From NCBI GenBank assembly GCA_021800275.1, contig JAJYZB010000013.1, positions 516 through 64,515 on the forward strand: a stretch of 64,000 nt of DNA. Direction: 5' to 3'. Shown one piece after another: positions 17,345 to 29,291 of the stretch; the first letter of the stretch is position 1; each line of letters begins with the position of its first letter. This DNA is from a bacterium (GTDB taxonomy: Bacteria; Vulcanimicrobiota; JABDET01). The position numbers were made by a program, and so were the translations under genes. The notes beneath the pieces were generated by a model. It did not search any database. It saw nothing but the letters and a program-made list of their open reading frames with translations, and was not told the DNA's origin.

Positions 17345-17752
17345 CTACTTAACCAAAGAATTTTTTTTTGCTGTTTTAGCTGCAGTTTCAGATTTTGCCG
17401 CAGATTCTTTTTGGGCAGGCGTTTCCTTTTTAGCCGCAGTTTCCTTTTTGGGAGGAGCTTCTTTTTTAACCGCGCTTTCCTTTTTAGGAGAAGACCCTTT
17501 ATCAGACCCTGTGTTTTTTACTGGGCTCTGGCTAGCCGTAGGAGTTTCTTCTTTTTTTCTTCTGTATTTAGCCGTAAATTTCTCGACTCTTCCTTCAGCA
17601 TCCACAATTTTCTGCTGTCCCGTAAAAAGAGGATGGCATTTTGAACAGATTTCTACTTTTAAGACTTTTTTCGTGGAATAAGAAGTAAAACTACTGCCGC
17701 AGGCGCATGTAACCTGCGCCTCAACGAATTCTGGATGAATTTTTAGCTTCAT
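17345..17752 (-). CDS. rpmE: 50S ribosomal protein L31 (Zn-binding type) with long Lys/Ala/Ser-rich C-terminal tail
   Basis: [24 protein letters not shown], then a ~70-aa low-complexity tail. Confidence 0.93.
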   Translation of the reverse strand: MKLKIHPEFVEAQVTCACGSSFTSYSTKKVLKVEICSKCHPLFTGQQKIVDAEGRVEKFTAKYRRKKEETPTASQSPVKNTGSDKGSSPKKESAVKKEAPPKKETAAKKETPAQKESAAKSETAAKTAKKNSLVK

Positions 17753-17756
17753 GAAG

Positions 17757-20700
17757 TTAGGTAATTCGAGATAACAGTATTCCTTCCTTCTTGCTGTCAG
17801 AACTTTTACTTTTAGAAATAAGGGATTCTAGCAGGAGGTAGATGACAGGAGTGATGTAAAGCGTCAAAACTTGCGAAACAATGAGCCCTCCAACAACAGC
17901 TAAGCCGAGGGGCTGCCTCGAAGATCCCCCTGCTCCTAAACCAAGAGCAATAGGAAGGGTCCCAAGAAGGGCTGCCATAGTGGTCATCATGATCGGTCTG
18001 AAGCGGATCAGGGAGCCTTGGTAAATCGCCTCTTCTGGAGTTTTTCCTTCATTTCTTTCAGCATTTAGAGCAAAATCAATCATCATAATTCCATTTTTTT
18101 TCACGATGCCGATCAACATGATCAAACCCACAAATCCATACACATCCAGGTCCTTGTGAAACAGCAGCAGAGTGAAGATTGCGCCAATGGCGGCTGGAGG
18201 AAGAGCTGACAGAATGGTAATGGGATGGATGTAGCTTTCATAAAGGATTCCAAGAATAATATAAATCACGAAAATAGTCATGAGGATCAGAATAGAAAGA
18301 CCTGACAGAGAGGATTGGAAAGCCTGGGCATTTCCTTGAAAGGAACCAGTGACTGTTGGAGATATAATTTTTTTTGCTGCGGCTGTAATGTCAGAGACTG
18401 CCTGACTGAGAGCATATCCTGGTTTGATATTAAAAGAAAGGGTGACAGAAGGAAACTGCCCAAAATGATTAACAGTTAAAGGACCAACCCCTTTTGTAAT
18501 TTTTGCCACTGCAGCTAGAGGAACAAGATTTCCATTTGAAGACTGCAGGTAAAGTTTAGAGAGCAGGTCAGGCCTTCTTTGGAATTTGGGTTCAACCTGC
18601 ATCACAACCCAGTATTCATTGGTTGGGGCGTAAATGGTTGAGATCTGTCCTTCTCCATACGCTAACTGTAAAGCATTTTCAATATCCTGGGGAGTAACTC
18701 CCAGGGCAGCAGCTTTATCACGGACGATGCTCACATTAGCCTGAGGGCTTGTGATGTATAAATCGCTTGCCACATCCTGCAGGATCGGGATCGTTTTCAT
18801 TTTTGCTTCTAGAAGTTCAGCATCTTTATAAAGAGTGTTCGTGTTAGGAGAAACGAGTGTGTATTGATAAAGACTCTGGGTTGCCATTCCTCCAACACGA
18901 ACAGGAGGAGGATTCTGGAGAAACACTTGCAGTCCAACAATAGGTGAAAGTTTTTTTCGGATTTCCTGCATCACAGTATTGATATTCGGGGTTTCTGTTC
19001 TGGGTTTGAGCATCAGAAAAAGGTGTCCTTCGTTTCCTGTTGCATTGGGTCCTCCTGCTCCAACACTGGACATGAATCGAGCCACATAAGGATCTTTTAA
19101 AATGATTTTATTGGCTTCCATCTGGTGATTGTACATACTGTCAAAAGAAATACTCTGAGCCCCCTGGGTAAATGCCATCAGCAGTCCTTCATTGCTGCTG
19201 GGAAGAAAACCTTTGGGGATAAGGTTGAAGTAATAAACTGTTCCAGCGGTCAAAAGGAAAAAAATGAAGAGGGTGATATATTGATGTCTCAGCGTAATTT
19301 TTAAAGTTTTCCCGTAAAAATTGCGCGCTCCCTCGAAAAATCGTTCAGTGATTTCATAAAATTGGCTTCTTTTTTTCAAACTGGCAGGTTTGATGAACCG
19401 ACTGCAGAGCATAGGGGTCAAGGTTAAAGAAACAAAACCGGAGACAAGAATAGCTGATGTGATCGTGAAAGCGAATTCATGGAGCAGCGCCCCTAAAATT
19501 CCTCCCATGAAAAGGATGGGAATAAAAGCAGCAACCAGGGAAAGAGTCATAGACAAAATTGTAAACCCAACTTCTTTCGCTCCATCCAGAGCCGCTTGAA
19601 TCGGGGGTTTTCCCATTTCAATGTGGCGTACAATATTTTCCAGCATGACAATGGCGTCATCTACCACAAAGCCCACAGAAAGGGTGAGCGCTAAAAGGGA
19701 AAAATCATCCAGAGTGTAGCCCATAAAATACATGACAGAAAAGGTTCCAATGATCGCGATCGGAAGAGCAAGAGCAGGAATTAAAGTGGCTGAAAGGTTC
19801 CGCAGAAACAAAAAAATGACCATAATCACAAGACACACAGCCAGCAGAAGCGTGAGTTTGACATCTGTGACGTCCTGCTGGATAGGAATTGAGTGGTCAT
19901 GCATCACTGTGAGCTGCACAGACTGAGGAATCTGTTTTTGGAGATGTGAAACCAGATTCACAATATTTTGACAGACGGTCACAATATTTGAATCAGGCTG
20001 CCTTAATACTGCTAAAGCCACTGTTCGAGAGAGTTTTCCATTAATTCCCGCCCAGGCCGCGATCTTATCTGTCTGGACACTGTTGACCGCTTTTCCGATC
20101 TGATATAATCGGATTGGAGATCCGTTTTGATAAGCGATAATCGCATTATTGTAAGGAGCTGCGCTGGTTAACTGTCCATTTGCCTGAACCGTAAAAGACT
20201 GATGATGCCCATAAAGGGTTCCAGTGGGAAGGTTCACATTTAAACTTTTAATAGAGTTTTCCACCTGGTTGATCCCTAATCCATAAGCAGCCATCAGATC
20301 TGGATTCACCTCAACTCTAACCGCATAGGTCTGTGAACCAAAAACTTCTACTTCAGCCACCCCATTGATCATGGAGATCTGCTGCCCTATCATGGTTTCA
20401 GCATATTCATCCACAGTAGATAAAGGAAGAGTTTTAGAAGTTAAAGCTAAAAACATAATCGGGGTTGACGCAGGGTTAACTTTGTTGTAAGTAGGTGGAC
20501 TCGGCATTCCTGGAGGCAGCAGAGGCTCTGCTCGAGAAATAGCTGCCTGCACATCCTGGGCTGCTGAATCAATGCTGCGGCTTAAACTAAAAGTCAGGGT
20601 GATCTGTGTTGAACCTAATGCGCTGGTAGAGGACATGGAATCAAGTCCAGCTATGGTTGAAAACTGTTTTTCAAGAGGTGTGGCAACAGCAGAAGCCATG

Positions 20701-20873
20701 GTCTCAGGGCTTGCCCCAGGGAGACTTGCAGAAACTACAATCGTAGGAAAATTTACATTGGGGAGTTCTGCAATCGGGAGTTTTTGATATGCCATGATCC
20801 CTAAAAAAACGATTCCGATCATGATTAAAGAAGTCATGACAGGGCGTTTAATACAGAGATCGGTAAAATTCAT
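17757..20873 (-). CDS. RND efflux permease (MdtB/MdtC-like)
   Basis: 1038 aa; [55 protein letters not shown]. Confidence 0.93.
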   Translation of the reverse strand: MNFTDLCIKRPVMTSLIMIGIVFLGIMAYQKLPIAELPNVNFPTIVVSASLPGASPETMASAVATPLEKQFSTIAGLDSMSSTSALGSTQITLTFSLSRSIDSAAQDVQAAISRAEPLLPPGMPSPPTYNKVNPASTPIMFLALTSKTLPLSTVDEYAETMIGQQISMINGVAEVEVFGSQTYAVRVEVNPDLMAAYGLGINQVENSIKSLNVNLPTGTLYGHHQSFTVQANGQLTSAAPYNNAIIAYQNGSPIRLYQIGKAVNSVQTDKIAAWAGINGKLSRTVALAVLRQPDSNIVTVCQNIVNLVSHLQKQIPQSVQLTVMHDHSIPIQQDVTDVKLTLLLAVCLVIMVIFLFLRNLSATLIPALALPIAIIGTFSVMYFMGYTLDDFSLLALTLSVGFVVDDAIVMLENIVRHIEMGKPPIQAALDGAKEVGFTILSMTLSLVAAFIPILFMGGILGALLHEFAFTITSAILVSGFVSLTLTPMLCSRFIKPASLKKRSQFYEITERFFEGARNFYGKTLKITLRHQYITLFIFFLLTAGTVYYFNLIPKGFLPSSNEGLLMAFTQGAQSISFDSMYNHQMEANKIILKDPYVARFMSSVGAGGPNATGNEGHLFLMLKPRTETPNINTVMQEIRKKLSPIVGLQVFLQNPPPVRVGGMATQSLYQYTLVSPNTNTLYKDAELLEAKMKTIPILQDVASDLYITSPQANVSIVRDKAAALGVTPQDIENALQLAYGEGQISTIYAPTNEYWVVMQVEPKFQRRPDLLSKLYLQSSNGNLVPLAAVAKITKGVGPLTVNHFGQFPSVTLSFNIKPGYALSQAVSDITAAAKKIISPTVTGSFQGNAQAFQSSLSGLSILILMTIFVIYIILGILYESYIHPITILSALPPAAIGAIFTLLLFHKDLDVYGFVGLIMLIGIVKKNGIMMIDFALNAERNEGKTPEEAIYQGSLIRFRPIMMTTMAALLGTLPIALGLGAGGSSRQPLGLAVVGGLIVSQVLTLYITPVIYLLLESLISKSKSSDSKKEGILLSRIT

Positions 20874-22072
20874 TTTTGGATGGAGACTTTGGCTCCAGGG
20901 AAAAGATTCAACTGTCCATCTGTAACCACGGTCTCCCCTAATTTTAAACCTTTATTAATGACTGTTTCCCCTTGATAAGTTTCCCCTGTGACAATAGGAT
21001 TGACCTGTACGGTATGATCAGGAAGAACAACAAAAACAAAAGATCCATTTTGCCCATACTGCACAGCTTGAGAAGGAACAACAAGAGCCTGAACACTTTT
21101 GAGGATCAATTTTACATTGATAAATTGTCCAGGCCAGAGGAGTTCTTTTTGATTTTGAAAGGTTCCTCTTAATTCAATGGTTCCTGTAGATGAACTAACC
21201 GTATTGTTCATAAAACTGAGAATCCCTTTTGTTGAGGCAGAGCTTCCTTGTGGGGACGCAAAAACAGTCAGGCTTTGGACTGCCATATCATGTTTGATTT
21301 CAGAGAGGTTCTGTTCAGGGATAGAAAAAGAAACGTAAATCGGCTGCAGCTGATTAATTTGAACCAGGATAGAACTATTAGCTGTAATTAAATTTCCCGC
21401 GCGGATTAAAATAGCCCCTGTTTTCCCATCAATTGGGGAATGAATGTAGCAGTAAGATAGATTCACTGCTGCGTTTTGGACTGCTGCTTTATCAGCTTTA
21501 ATCGCTTTTTCAGCGGTTTTTATGGCTGCCTGATCCGCTAGAACTGCAGCTTTTCCTGTAAGGGCATTGGTCCTCATCTGATCATACTGTTCTTTGGAAA
21601 CATAATTTTCTTGCAGCAGAGTTTTGTATCGTTTGGCTTCAATTAGATTGTATTTTTCCTGTGCTGTATCTTTCTGGAGTTCAGCTTCTGCTTGTTTGAA
21701 GGCAGCTTGATCTTTTCCCAGATTGGCTCTGGTCTGCTGCAGCGCGATTTCAAAAGGGAGAGGATCAATTTTAAAGAGCAGCTCCCCTTTTTTGACCCTG
21801 TCTCCTTCCTTAAAGTAAACTTCTGTCAGTTTTCCCGTAACTTGTGACTGCACAGAGATGGTTGAAATGGCCTCTGCATTTCCAATAGCAGAGAGTTCAT
21901 GGGGGATCATTTTCTTTACAGCAGAAGCGGTTTTGACCAGGGCGGTTCTCTGGTGTTTGTCGACTGGTTTTGGATTGTTCCCGCTTTTGGAACAAGAAGA
22001 AAAGAATACAGCGGGGAAAAAAATAAAAATGATTAACCGCAGAGAGAGAGATTTTTTGAAAAGATCAGTCAT
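20870..22072 (-). CDS. RND periplasmic adaptor (MdtA-like lipoprotein)
   Basis: Lipobox-like FSSC, FKEGDRVKKGELLFKID, IHSPIDG, LWPGQF; coupled to the RND permease. Confidence 0.92.
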   Translation of the reverse strand: MTDLFKKSLSLRLIIFIFFPAVFFSSCSKSGNNPKPVDKHQRTALVKTASAVKKMIPHELSAIGNAEAISTISVQSQVTGKLTEVYFKEGDRVKKGELLFKIDPLPFEIALQQTRANLGKDQAAFKQAEAELQKDTAQEKYNLIEAKRYKTLLQENYVSKEQYDQMRTNALTGKAAVLADQAAIKTAEKAIKADKAAVQNAAVNLSYCYIHSPIDGKTGAILIRAGNLITANSSILVQINQLQPIYVSFSIPEQNLSEIKHDMAVQSLTVFASPQGSSASTKGILSFMNNTVSSSTGTIELRGTFQNQKELLWPGQFINVKLILKSVQALVVPSQAVQYGQNGSFVFVVLPDHTVQVNPIVTGETYQGETVINKGLKLGETVVTDGQLNLFPGAKVSIQK

Positions 22073-22125
22073 GTTTTCTTTCGAAATATTTCGAGGAATT
22101 AATAGTTTGTCCTTCTAAGTTTTTG

Positions 22126-23364
22126 TTACTTCGGTCTGACTGCGGCGCAGGCGAATTGATTGGGATTTAGATACTGTTCTGCTAATCTCTGGACTTCTGC
22201 AGCCTGCACTATCTCAATTTTTTTCGGATATTGATTGGCTGCTCTCCATCCCGAACCCAGCATTTCATAGCGCGCGAATCTTAAGGCCTGGTTTGATTTT
22301 TTCTGGCGCGCGATTTCATACAGACCGATTAAGTATCTTTTAGCCCTTTGAAGCTCATCTTCAGAAGGAGGAGCTTGTTTCAATCTCCAGATCTCTTCCA
22401 GCAAACCTTCTTTAGCCTGGGCTTCTTTTTCAGGAGAAGTTCCCATATACGTTTTTAAAATTCCGTAATCTAAAACAGCTTCATATCTCGAACCAACAGA
22501 ATATGCCAGTCCTTTTTTGTCTCGCAGCTCGACAAATAGTCTTGCTCCCATTCCTGATAAAACTCCATTTAAGACTTCAAATGAGAAGCGATCCTGATCC
22601 GTTGCTGATGGGGCTAGAAATCCAATGGAAACTGCTAACTGCCGCTTTTCTCGTTCTTCCACAATTTCTTTTTTCTTATCTCCATTTTCAGAGGGGAGGT
22701 TCAGTTTTGGCAGCTTTTTTTTAGGGAGGGCTTCAAGGAGAGGATAAACTTTTTTCTGGACTTCATCCGCTGAAAAATCTCCCACAATTGAAAAAATTAA
22801 GTTGTTGGGATGATACCAGGTTTGATGCCAAGAAAGGAGATCCTTTTGGTTAAGGAGCTGAATTAGTTCAGGAGTCCCTTTGATTGGAAAGCGGTACGGG
22901 TGATGGGAAAAAAGAGAGCTGTCGCAGAGTTCAAGGCAGCGGGAATAAATTTCGTCTCTGCTTTCCTGAATTTCAGCTAAAACAATTTGTTTTTCTTTCT
23001 CCACTTCCAAAGGGGGGAAAGTTGGATGAAAAAGAGGATCTAAAAATAACTCTAGAGCTTTATCTAAATGTTTTGCCAGGACAGAAGTGTAAGCTCCAAA
23101 AGCGTCTTTGTCAGTGAAAGGAATCATGACTGATCCAATCGCTTCTGCTTTGAAGGCAAGCTCTTCCGCTGAAAAGTTTTCAGTTCCTTTTAACAGAACT
23201 TTCTGAGTTAAATAAGTGATCCCATTTTGTTTTTCATTTTCATGTCTAACCCCTCCTTTAAAATAGGCGCAGAATGAAACAATAGGGGTAGAATGATTTT
23301 CTTCAATTAAAAGAACAGATTTGTTGGGCAGTTTTATTTTTTTTGTTCCTCTGCGGTTTCTCAT
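22126..23364 (-). CDS. M16 peptidase, non-catalytic subunit
   Basis: M16 fold motifs (GARLFVELRDKKGLAYSV); HxxEH is replaced by YLTQK. Confidence 0.85.
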   Translation of the reverse strand: MRNRRGTKKIKLPNKSVLLIEENHSTPIVSFCAYFKGGVRHENEKQNGITYLTQKVLLKGTENFSAEELAFKAEAIGSVMIPFTDKDAFGAYTSVLAKHLDKALELFLDPLFHPTFPPLEVEKEKQIVLAEIQESRDEIYSRCLELCDSSLFSHHPYRFPIKGTPELIQLLNQKDLLSWHQTWYHPNNLIFSIVGDFSADEVQKKVYPLLEALPKKKLPKLNLPSENGDKKKEIVEEREKRQLAVSIGFLAPSATDQDRFSFEVLNGVLSGMGARLFVELRDKKGLAYSVGSRYEAVLDYGILKTYMGTSPEKEAQAKEGLLEEIWRLKQAPPSEDELQRAKRYLIGLYEIARQKKSNQALRFARYEMLGSGWRAANQYPKKIEIVQAAEVQRLAEQYLNPNQFACAAVRPK

Positions 23365-23367
23365 GGC

Positions 23368-24648
23368 TTAACTCCGAGTGTGGTATAAAATTTCGCTGCA
23401 GTTTTCTTTTGAAAAGTATTTTTGCGCAGCTGTTTGGATCTGCTCAGGTGTTACCTTGAAATAGTTTTCAACCATTTTCTCTGCCAGGGTATAATCTCCC
23501 AGCATTTCCCAATAACCCAGAACTCTTCCCTGTCCTTCGACTGTTTCTTGAGAAAAAATGTATCCTGATTCTGCCATCTGCTTGACTTTTAAAAGTTCTT
23601 CCTGAGAAACTAGTTCTTCCTGGAGTTTTCGAATCTCCTCCCAAACTCCTTTTTCAGTTTGAGCGATGTTTTTGTCTTCAAGCACGGCGCTGAAAAAGAA
23701 AAGCCCTGGATGCTGCTGGGCAAAAATGCCGGCTTCGATATTATCAACAAGTTGTTTTTTTTCTTTTAAGGTCAAATTTAATCGAGAACTTCTTCCTTCT
23801 CCTAAAAGGGTTCCTATTAATCGAAGGGTGTAGTAATCTGGATGAATGGCATTTGGAACGTGGAATCCTATCTGCAGCCAGCTTCTAGCAATATCCCCTG
23901 TCATTTCTTGAATTCGGAATTCCTGCTGCTGTGGCTCTTCCTCAAATTGGATTTTTTCCTCCCCTGACGGAATATCTCGAAGGGCCGCTTTAATTTTCCG
24001 AATGGTTCCAGAGGGATTGACATCTCCTGCAATCGTAACAAACATCTGGTTCGAAGTATACCATTTTTGGAAATAAGAGATTAAATCCTGGCGCGTTAAT
24101 TGAAGAAGAGATTCTTCAAACCCTATAATGGGTCTTCCATAAGGATGTTTTTTGTAGGCTAGAGCCAAGAGCTTTTCAAAAGCAAAAGATTCAGGCCTGT
24201 CTTCATACATTTTCAACTCTTCAATAATAACCTTGCATTCTTTTTTCAGTTCAGTTTCGTCAAAAGTGGAGTTTAAAAGAGCATCAGATTGAATTTCCAG
24301 GGCGGCATCCAGGTATTTCGAAGGAAGGACGATCCAGTAGCAGGTCGTTTCGAAATCGGTAAAAGCATTCATGTATCCGCCTTTTGCATGGATTTCTTTA
24401 GCGATTTCTCCGACCATTCTTTTTTTGGTTCCTTTGAACAGCATATGTTCGATAAAATGGGAGATTCCAGCGATAGGATTGGTCTCATAAATCGAACCGA
24501 CCCTGACCCAGATGGAAATAGACACTACAGCAGATGACTCTGACCGCTTCACTAGAATTTTGATTCCATTTTTCAGAGTATCCTCTGTAATGCGGGATGT
24601 CACAGGGGCAGCTGGTTGAAGAGTCAGTTGTTCATTCATCATGTTCAT
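23368..24648 (-). CDS. M16 peptidase, catalytic subunit
   Basis: GISHFIEHMLFKGT (HxxEH), NAFT, HPYGRPIIG, SSRL. Confidence 0.92.
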   Translation of the reverse strand: MNMMNEQLTLQPAAPVTSRITEDTLKNGIKILVKRSESSAVVSISIWVRVGSIYETNPIAGISHFIEHMLFKGTKKRMVGEIAKEIHAKGGYMNAFTDFETTCYWIVLPSKYLDAALEIQSDALLNSTFDETELKKECKVIIEELKMYEDRPESFAFEKLLALAYKKHPYGRPIIGFEESLLQLTRQDLISYFQKWYTSNQMFVTIAGDVNPSGTIRKIKAALRDIPSGEEKIQFEEEPQQQEFRIQEMTGDIARSWLQIGFHVPNAIHPDYYTLRLIGTLLGEGRSSRLNLTLKEKKQLVDNIEAGIFAQQHPGLFFFSAVLEDKNIAQTEKGVWEEIRKLQEELVSQEELLKVKQMAESGYIFSQETVEGQGRVLGYWEMLGDYTLAEKMVENYFKVTPEQIQTAAQKYFSKENCSEILYHTRS

Positions 24649-24763
24649 AAAAATTTGTCAGGGAGTGATTATTCTATAATGAGCTGCTTAAATCCCTTTT
24701 TCTATGAATAAGCATTTAAAGATAAAGGGGAAAAAAAAAGTTCAACGAATAAAATAAATGCGA

Positions 24764-24840
<77 letters not shown>

Positions 24841-24967
24841 GAGTCAACCCCTATCCCAATTGGTCCCGTATTTTAAAAAATAAAATTCAATCGTTATTCC
24901 CTGAAGGAATTTTTCAAAAGAATTCGAAAGAACACAAAATTATTAAATTTTTCAAAAAAAGGAGGTA

Positions 24968-27900
24968 GTGATGAAACAAACCAACCAACATTTGCTTCAT
25001 CAAGTCGAAGAGCCTGGAAGGGTCGAAGATCCTGGAAGGAAAACCAAAAGGAGCAGGAAAAGAAAAGGGAACCTCAGGCAAGTTCTTTTCGTTTTCACGC
25101 TTCTCGCGTTTTTTGCGTCGTCGTTCCTGCCTGCATTCGCCAGTATTACCCTGGGAAGTTTGACAGGTAGAGTCGTCAATAAAACAACCGGCAAACCGGT
25201 TGCCAATGCTTTTGTGGTGGCAAAAGGATTAGGACAAACTTTCACCTCCACAACAGATACAACAGGTTATTTCTCTTTCGTGGATATGGAACCAGGAACC
25301 TACACTTTAAAGATCAGCCGAGTCGGCTATCAAACCATTACAGTAACAGATATTCCTGTAACCGCGAACAGCACTGTTTATGAATCGTATAAACTGGCGA
25401 CAGCGGTTTATCATGTTAAAGGGATTACAGTCAGCGGGTATCAAAGCCAGACAGTGAACCCCAGAGAAACCATGACTTATTATCAGTTTACTAAACATGA
25501 GTTAACTCAGTTTCTTCCTGCAGTTGCAAGCTTAGGGACTGAAGGACTTTTGGATTATTTTCCAGGAGTTGTAAACTATACAGCCACCAGTTCATTTGCT
25601 TTAGCCGGACCCCATGTCCGCGGTGGAAGCGGGTTTGGAACAGTTTATGCTCTTGACGGGATTCCTTTGAATAATACGACATTTTTTAATGATTTAGGAA
25701 CTGTAGGATTGACCACTGGGTTATCTGATTATCAGTTTTATCCAGGAATCTATCCTGTGCAGTATGGAAATGGAGCTGATGGATATCAGAATACCATTGT
25801 CCCTGAAGGGTTTGGAAAACTTCATGGGTCACTCCAATTTTCTTATGGTTTCTGGCTGGATTCAGGGGAAAATGCTCCTATTATTAATGATACAACTGGT
25901 CAAATTGTGGGAGCCAGCAATCTTCAACCTCCTAATCCCGATATTTGGAACCTGCAGCTTTCAGGTCAGGCGCTCAATAATAAACTTCATTATTACTTGA
26001 ATTATGTGTCAGATATGGGTGGAAATTCAGGATTGAATCCTACGCTTCCAGCTGCTGATATTCAAGCCCTAACGTATGAAGGACAAGGAGGAACCACTTA
26101 TCTCCATGTTTATAAAGATGGAGTTTTAAATTTAAATTATGATTTAAATATGAGCAACCAGTTGCAGTTTTTGTATTTCAGCGGATTTGATCAATTTGCT
26201 TATGAAACAGGCTGTCCTGGGGGTACTGGTCCAGGAACTTGTTTTACTCCTCCACTGCCTGCGACTGAATCCAGTTTTACTGTAGCTGCTCCCTATATTC
26301 GGCAGCATTATGATCTGGAAAGTTTAGGTTATACTCATCATTTTTCACCAGGGAAAGCTATGACATTCCGAATGTGGCAGTTTAATGATGAACCGGATCA
26401 GTTCTCGCCATCAGTTCTGGATGGGTTTTATACCCAGGATAACATCAGCAGATCCACAGCAGCCCGATTAGATTTTCACCTGCAGTTAAATCCAAAGAAT
26501 ACAGTGGTAGTTGGAGGTCAATACATTTATGATGCCAACGATGTTCATGCTTATTTAACAGGTGAAGGAGGAGCTTTTTTAGCTTTCCTTACTTCTGTCC
26601 TTGGTCAAAGCACACGATCCAATGCCAATACCCAGAACTCTTCTCTCTGGCTGAATGATGAATGGACCCCAACCCCAAAATGGGATATTAATGCAGGACT
26701 TCGCTGGGATCAAATGAAGTATCAGCCTTTGTGTGGGGCTGGAATCCTGACCCAGGCGAACTGTCAGCCTTATGCAGCCCTTACTTATACCGGTTTTGCA
26801 CCGGATCAGACGATTAATACGGCTGCTGATACAGCCGGGCTTTTCACGAACTGCACTCCTATTGGGAATGTATGTGTGGATAATAATTTGAGCCCCTCTT
26901 TTGTGCAACCTCGAATTTCAGCTTCTTATAGGCTGACTCATGCTTTTACAGTTAAAGCAGGATGGGGTGAATTTGCGACTTTTGCTCCTGCTGGAAATGT
27001 GGATTTTACCTCTCAGTTGTGTTCTTCCGGAACAGGAGCTTCAAGCTTTAGCCCTTGTCTTCCTGGAACAGAACCCAGTGTGGCATTAACAACTGCTGGA
27101 AATGTGGCTCAGAGCGGGAATGACTATGATCTTTCTTTTGAATACATGCTGAATAAGAACAGCTATATCAAAGTCACTCCATACTATAAAACTGTTCAGA
27201 ACCCCTTGATCTTCTCTTATGTTCCTCTGGCTGCAACAGGCGGAACCACCAATGCTTCAAGCCTTACATCCAAAGGAATTGAACTTGTGCTGCATACTCG
27301 AAATTGGCATGGGATCAGCGGTACTTTAAATTACACCCATAATCAAAGCACAATTATCGGAGATCCGGAATACACGGTATTTCTAGTTCCAAATTTTTCC
27401 CTCTCCAATTCTATTAGTGGACTTGCGATCAGTCAGCCCAATGCACTTGCCACTGCTCCTACTCTTTACAATCAAGTTAATTCAGCTGCCATTAATGCGG
27501 ACTGGAATATTCCTAATACAGTGAACCTCCTCTTAAATTACACGACACCAAACAAGAAATGGGAATTTGCTCCTACTATTACTTGGGCAAATGGGGAGCC
27601 TTATGGACTTGGCGCAGCTAATCTTCAGGCACTTTATGCAAATCTTGTGGCTGCTTGCGGCGCATGCGCAGGGGACGTTCCGGCTAGTGGAAACTACAAT
27701 CCACTGAATGAAAAACTTCCCAATGGATTTTTATCTCCCAATGTTTTAACAGGGGATCTGGCGATTACTTATAACCAATCCAAGAATTTCAATGTCACAT
27801 TCCAGATTTTCAATCTCTGGAATGCAGACACCCTTCTTGGCGAAAACTCTTCAGCAACCATTGGAACTTTTATGGCTGCTCTTGGTTATCCCTATTCTCC

Positions 27901-27988
27901 TGATTTCTCCCCTTTGAATGGGAAGTATGCTCCAGCAGGTTTCCAGACCATCCGCCAGTACTACATCACCACTACTTTCCACTTCTAA
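24968..27988 (+). CDS. TonB-dependent receptor-like outer-membrane protein with N-terminal carboxypeptidase-regulatory-like domain
   Basis: Signal peptide ending AFA; GSLTGRV..PGTYTLKISRVGY domain; plug-like HVRGG..YALDGIP; INAGLRWD, QPRISASY, FQIFNLWN; terminal aromatic F. RBS GGAGG. Confidence 0.85.
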   Translation: MMKQTNQHLLHQVEEPGRVEDPGRKTKRSRKRKGNLRQVLFVFTLLAFFASSFLPAFASITLGSLTGRVVNKTTGKPVANAFVVAKGLGQTFTSTTDTTGYFSFVDMEPGTYTLKISRVGYQTITVTDIPVTANSTVYESYKLATAVYHVKGITVSGYQSQTVNPRETMTYYQFTKHELTQFLPAVASLGTEGLLDYFPGVVNYTATSSFALAGPHVRGGSGFGTVYALDGIPLNNTTFFNDLGTVGLTTGLSDYQFYPGIYPVQYGNGADGYQNTIVPEGFGKLHGSLQFSYGFWLDSGENAPIINDTTGQIVGASNLQPPNPDIWNLQLSGQALNNKLHYYLNYVSDMGGNSGLNPTLPAADIQALTYEGQGGTTYLHVYKDGVLNLNYDLNMSNQLQFLYFSGFDQFAYETGCPGGTGPGTCFTPPLPATESSFTVAAPYIRQHYDLESLGYTHHFSPGKAMTFRMWQFNDEPDQFSPSVLDGFYTQDNISRSTAARLDFHLQLNPKNTVVVGGQYIYDANDVHAYLTGEGGAFLAFLTSVLGQSTRSNANTQNSSLWLNDEWTPTPKWDINAGLRWDQMKYQPLCGAGILTQANCQPYAALTYTGFAPDQTINTAADTAGLFTNCTPIGNVCVDNNLSPSFVQPRISASYRLTHAFTVKAGWGEFATFAPAGNVDFTSQLCSSGTGASSFSPCLPGTEPSVALTTAGNVAQSGNDYDLSFEYMLNKNSYIKVTPYYKTVQNPLIFSYVPLAATGGTTNASSLTSKGIELVLHTRNWHGISGTLNYTHNQSTIIGDPEYTVFLVPNFSLSNSISGLAISQPNALATAPTLYNQVNSAAINADWNIPNTVNLLLNYTTPNKKWEFAPTITWANGEPYGLGAANLQALYANLVAACGACAGDVPASGNYNPLNEKLPNGFLSPNVLTGDLAITYNQSKNFNVTFQIFNLWNADTLLGENSSATIGTFMAALGYPYSPDFSPLNGKYAPAGFQTIRQYYITTTFHF
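25004..25039 (+). repeat. 18-bp tandem duplication in the N-terminal leader (VEEPGR VEDPGR)
   Basis: GTCGAAGAGCCTGGAAGG GTCGAAGATCCTGGAAGG (1 mismatch). Confidence 0.8.
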
Positions 27989-28009
27989 TCTCGAACCGCG
28001 AATAAACTC

Positions 28010-28046
28010 AAAGCCCTGCAGATTTGAGCCTGCAGGGCTTTTTTTG
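28010..28046 (+). terminator. Intrinsic terminator after the TonB-dependent receptor
   Basis: AAAGCCCTGCAG-loop-CTGCAGGGCTTT followed by a T-run. Confidence 0.9.
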
Positions 28047-28244
28047 TTCTTAAGTTTTCAGTCTATCAATCAAAGGATAAAAAATGCAAAATAAGCTGAT
28101 ATTTAATGCGCTGCTTGAGCAAAGTCAAGAAACAGACAAATGGAAGCCAGATTTTCAATCTCTTGAAATGATTTGATTCGGGAGTATTACGAAACATTTA
28201 GAAATAAAAAAAGATTTTAAATTTTCTCTCCGAAACTTATAATC

Positions 28245-29289
28245 ATGAAAAAACTCCCTATCGGCCTCCAAAATTTCGAGGAACTCAGAACAGAAAACTA
28301 TTACTACGTGGATAAAACTCCGTTTATTAAACAATTGGTGGAAGGAGGAAAGTATTACTTCTTATCCAGACCCCGACGATTCGGAAAATCTCTTTTCCTC
28401 AATACCCTGAAACACGCTTTCTCCGGCAGCAAAACCTTATTCGATGGTCTGTATCTTGAGAACAACTGGGACTGGAATGTAAAACACCCGGTGATTCACA
28501 TCTCGTTCGGCTCAGGAGTAATAGAAGACGAAAAATACTTAGAAAGAAGAATTCAGCAGATTTTAAAAGATAATGCGGAGAATTTAAATTTAACTTTTAA
28601 AGAGGAGTATGATAACCGCTATTTTTTCATTCAACTGATTCGGGAAGCCTGCAGAAAGTACGGCCAGAAAGCAGTGGTTCTGGTGGATGAATATGACAAA
28701 CCGATCCTGGACAGCCTCACTCAGAAAGAAAAAGCTGTAAAAATGAGGGGGAAAACCCTGCGGATACACAGAAAAAGAACTCCTTGATTATCCTAACAAA
28801 GAAGTTAAGATCTCACTTACAGACGCTGTGCTGGATTACCTCAGTCAGAAATTCATAGAAAAAGAAAGAAACATCGAAAAACTTTACAAAATCTTCATTG
28901 AAAACCAGATTCAAGCTTTAAAAGATTTATTTCACAGTTTTTTTGCTTCTATTCCCTACGAATGGTACACGAAAAACAACCTGGCTTCTTATGAAGGGTT
29001 TTACGCTTCCCTTGTTTATGCTTATTTCGCTGCTTCAGGATTAAACTGCACAGTGGAAGATTCCACTTCAAAAGGAAAGCTGGACATGGGAGTCTTTTAC
29101 AAGAACAAAGCTTATCTTTTTGAATTTAAAGTTGTGGAACTGGAGCCAGAAGGAAAAGCTTTAGAGCAAATCAAGCAGAAGAAATACGAGGAGAAGTACC
29201 GTGGGGAATATGAGGAGATATATCTCATTGGAATTGAGTTCAGCGCCAGAGAAAAAAATGTCGTTCTTTTTGAATGGGAAAAAGTTTAG
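28245..29289 (+). pseudogene. AAA-ATPase-like + PD-(D/E)XK nuclease gene with large internal deletion and frameshift
   Basis: N-part KKLPIG..YYVDKT..LSRPRRFGKSL..LVDEYDKP ends ~28750. C-part resumes in another frame at ~28783 (LDYPNKEV..EGFY..GKLDM..FEFK..ALEQIK.KKY). The middle of the family sequence is absent here. Confidence 0.8.
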
Positions 29290-29291
29290 CT

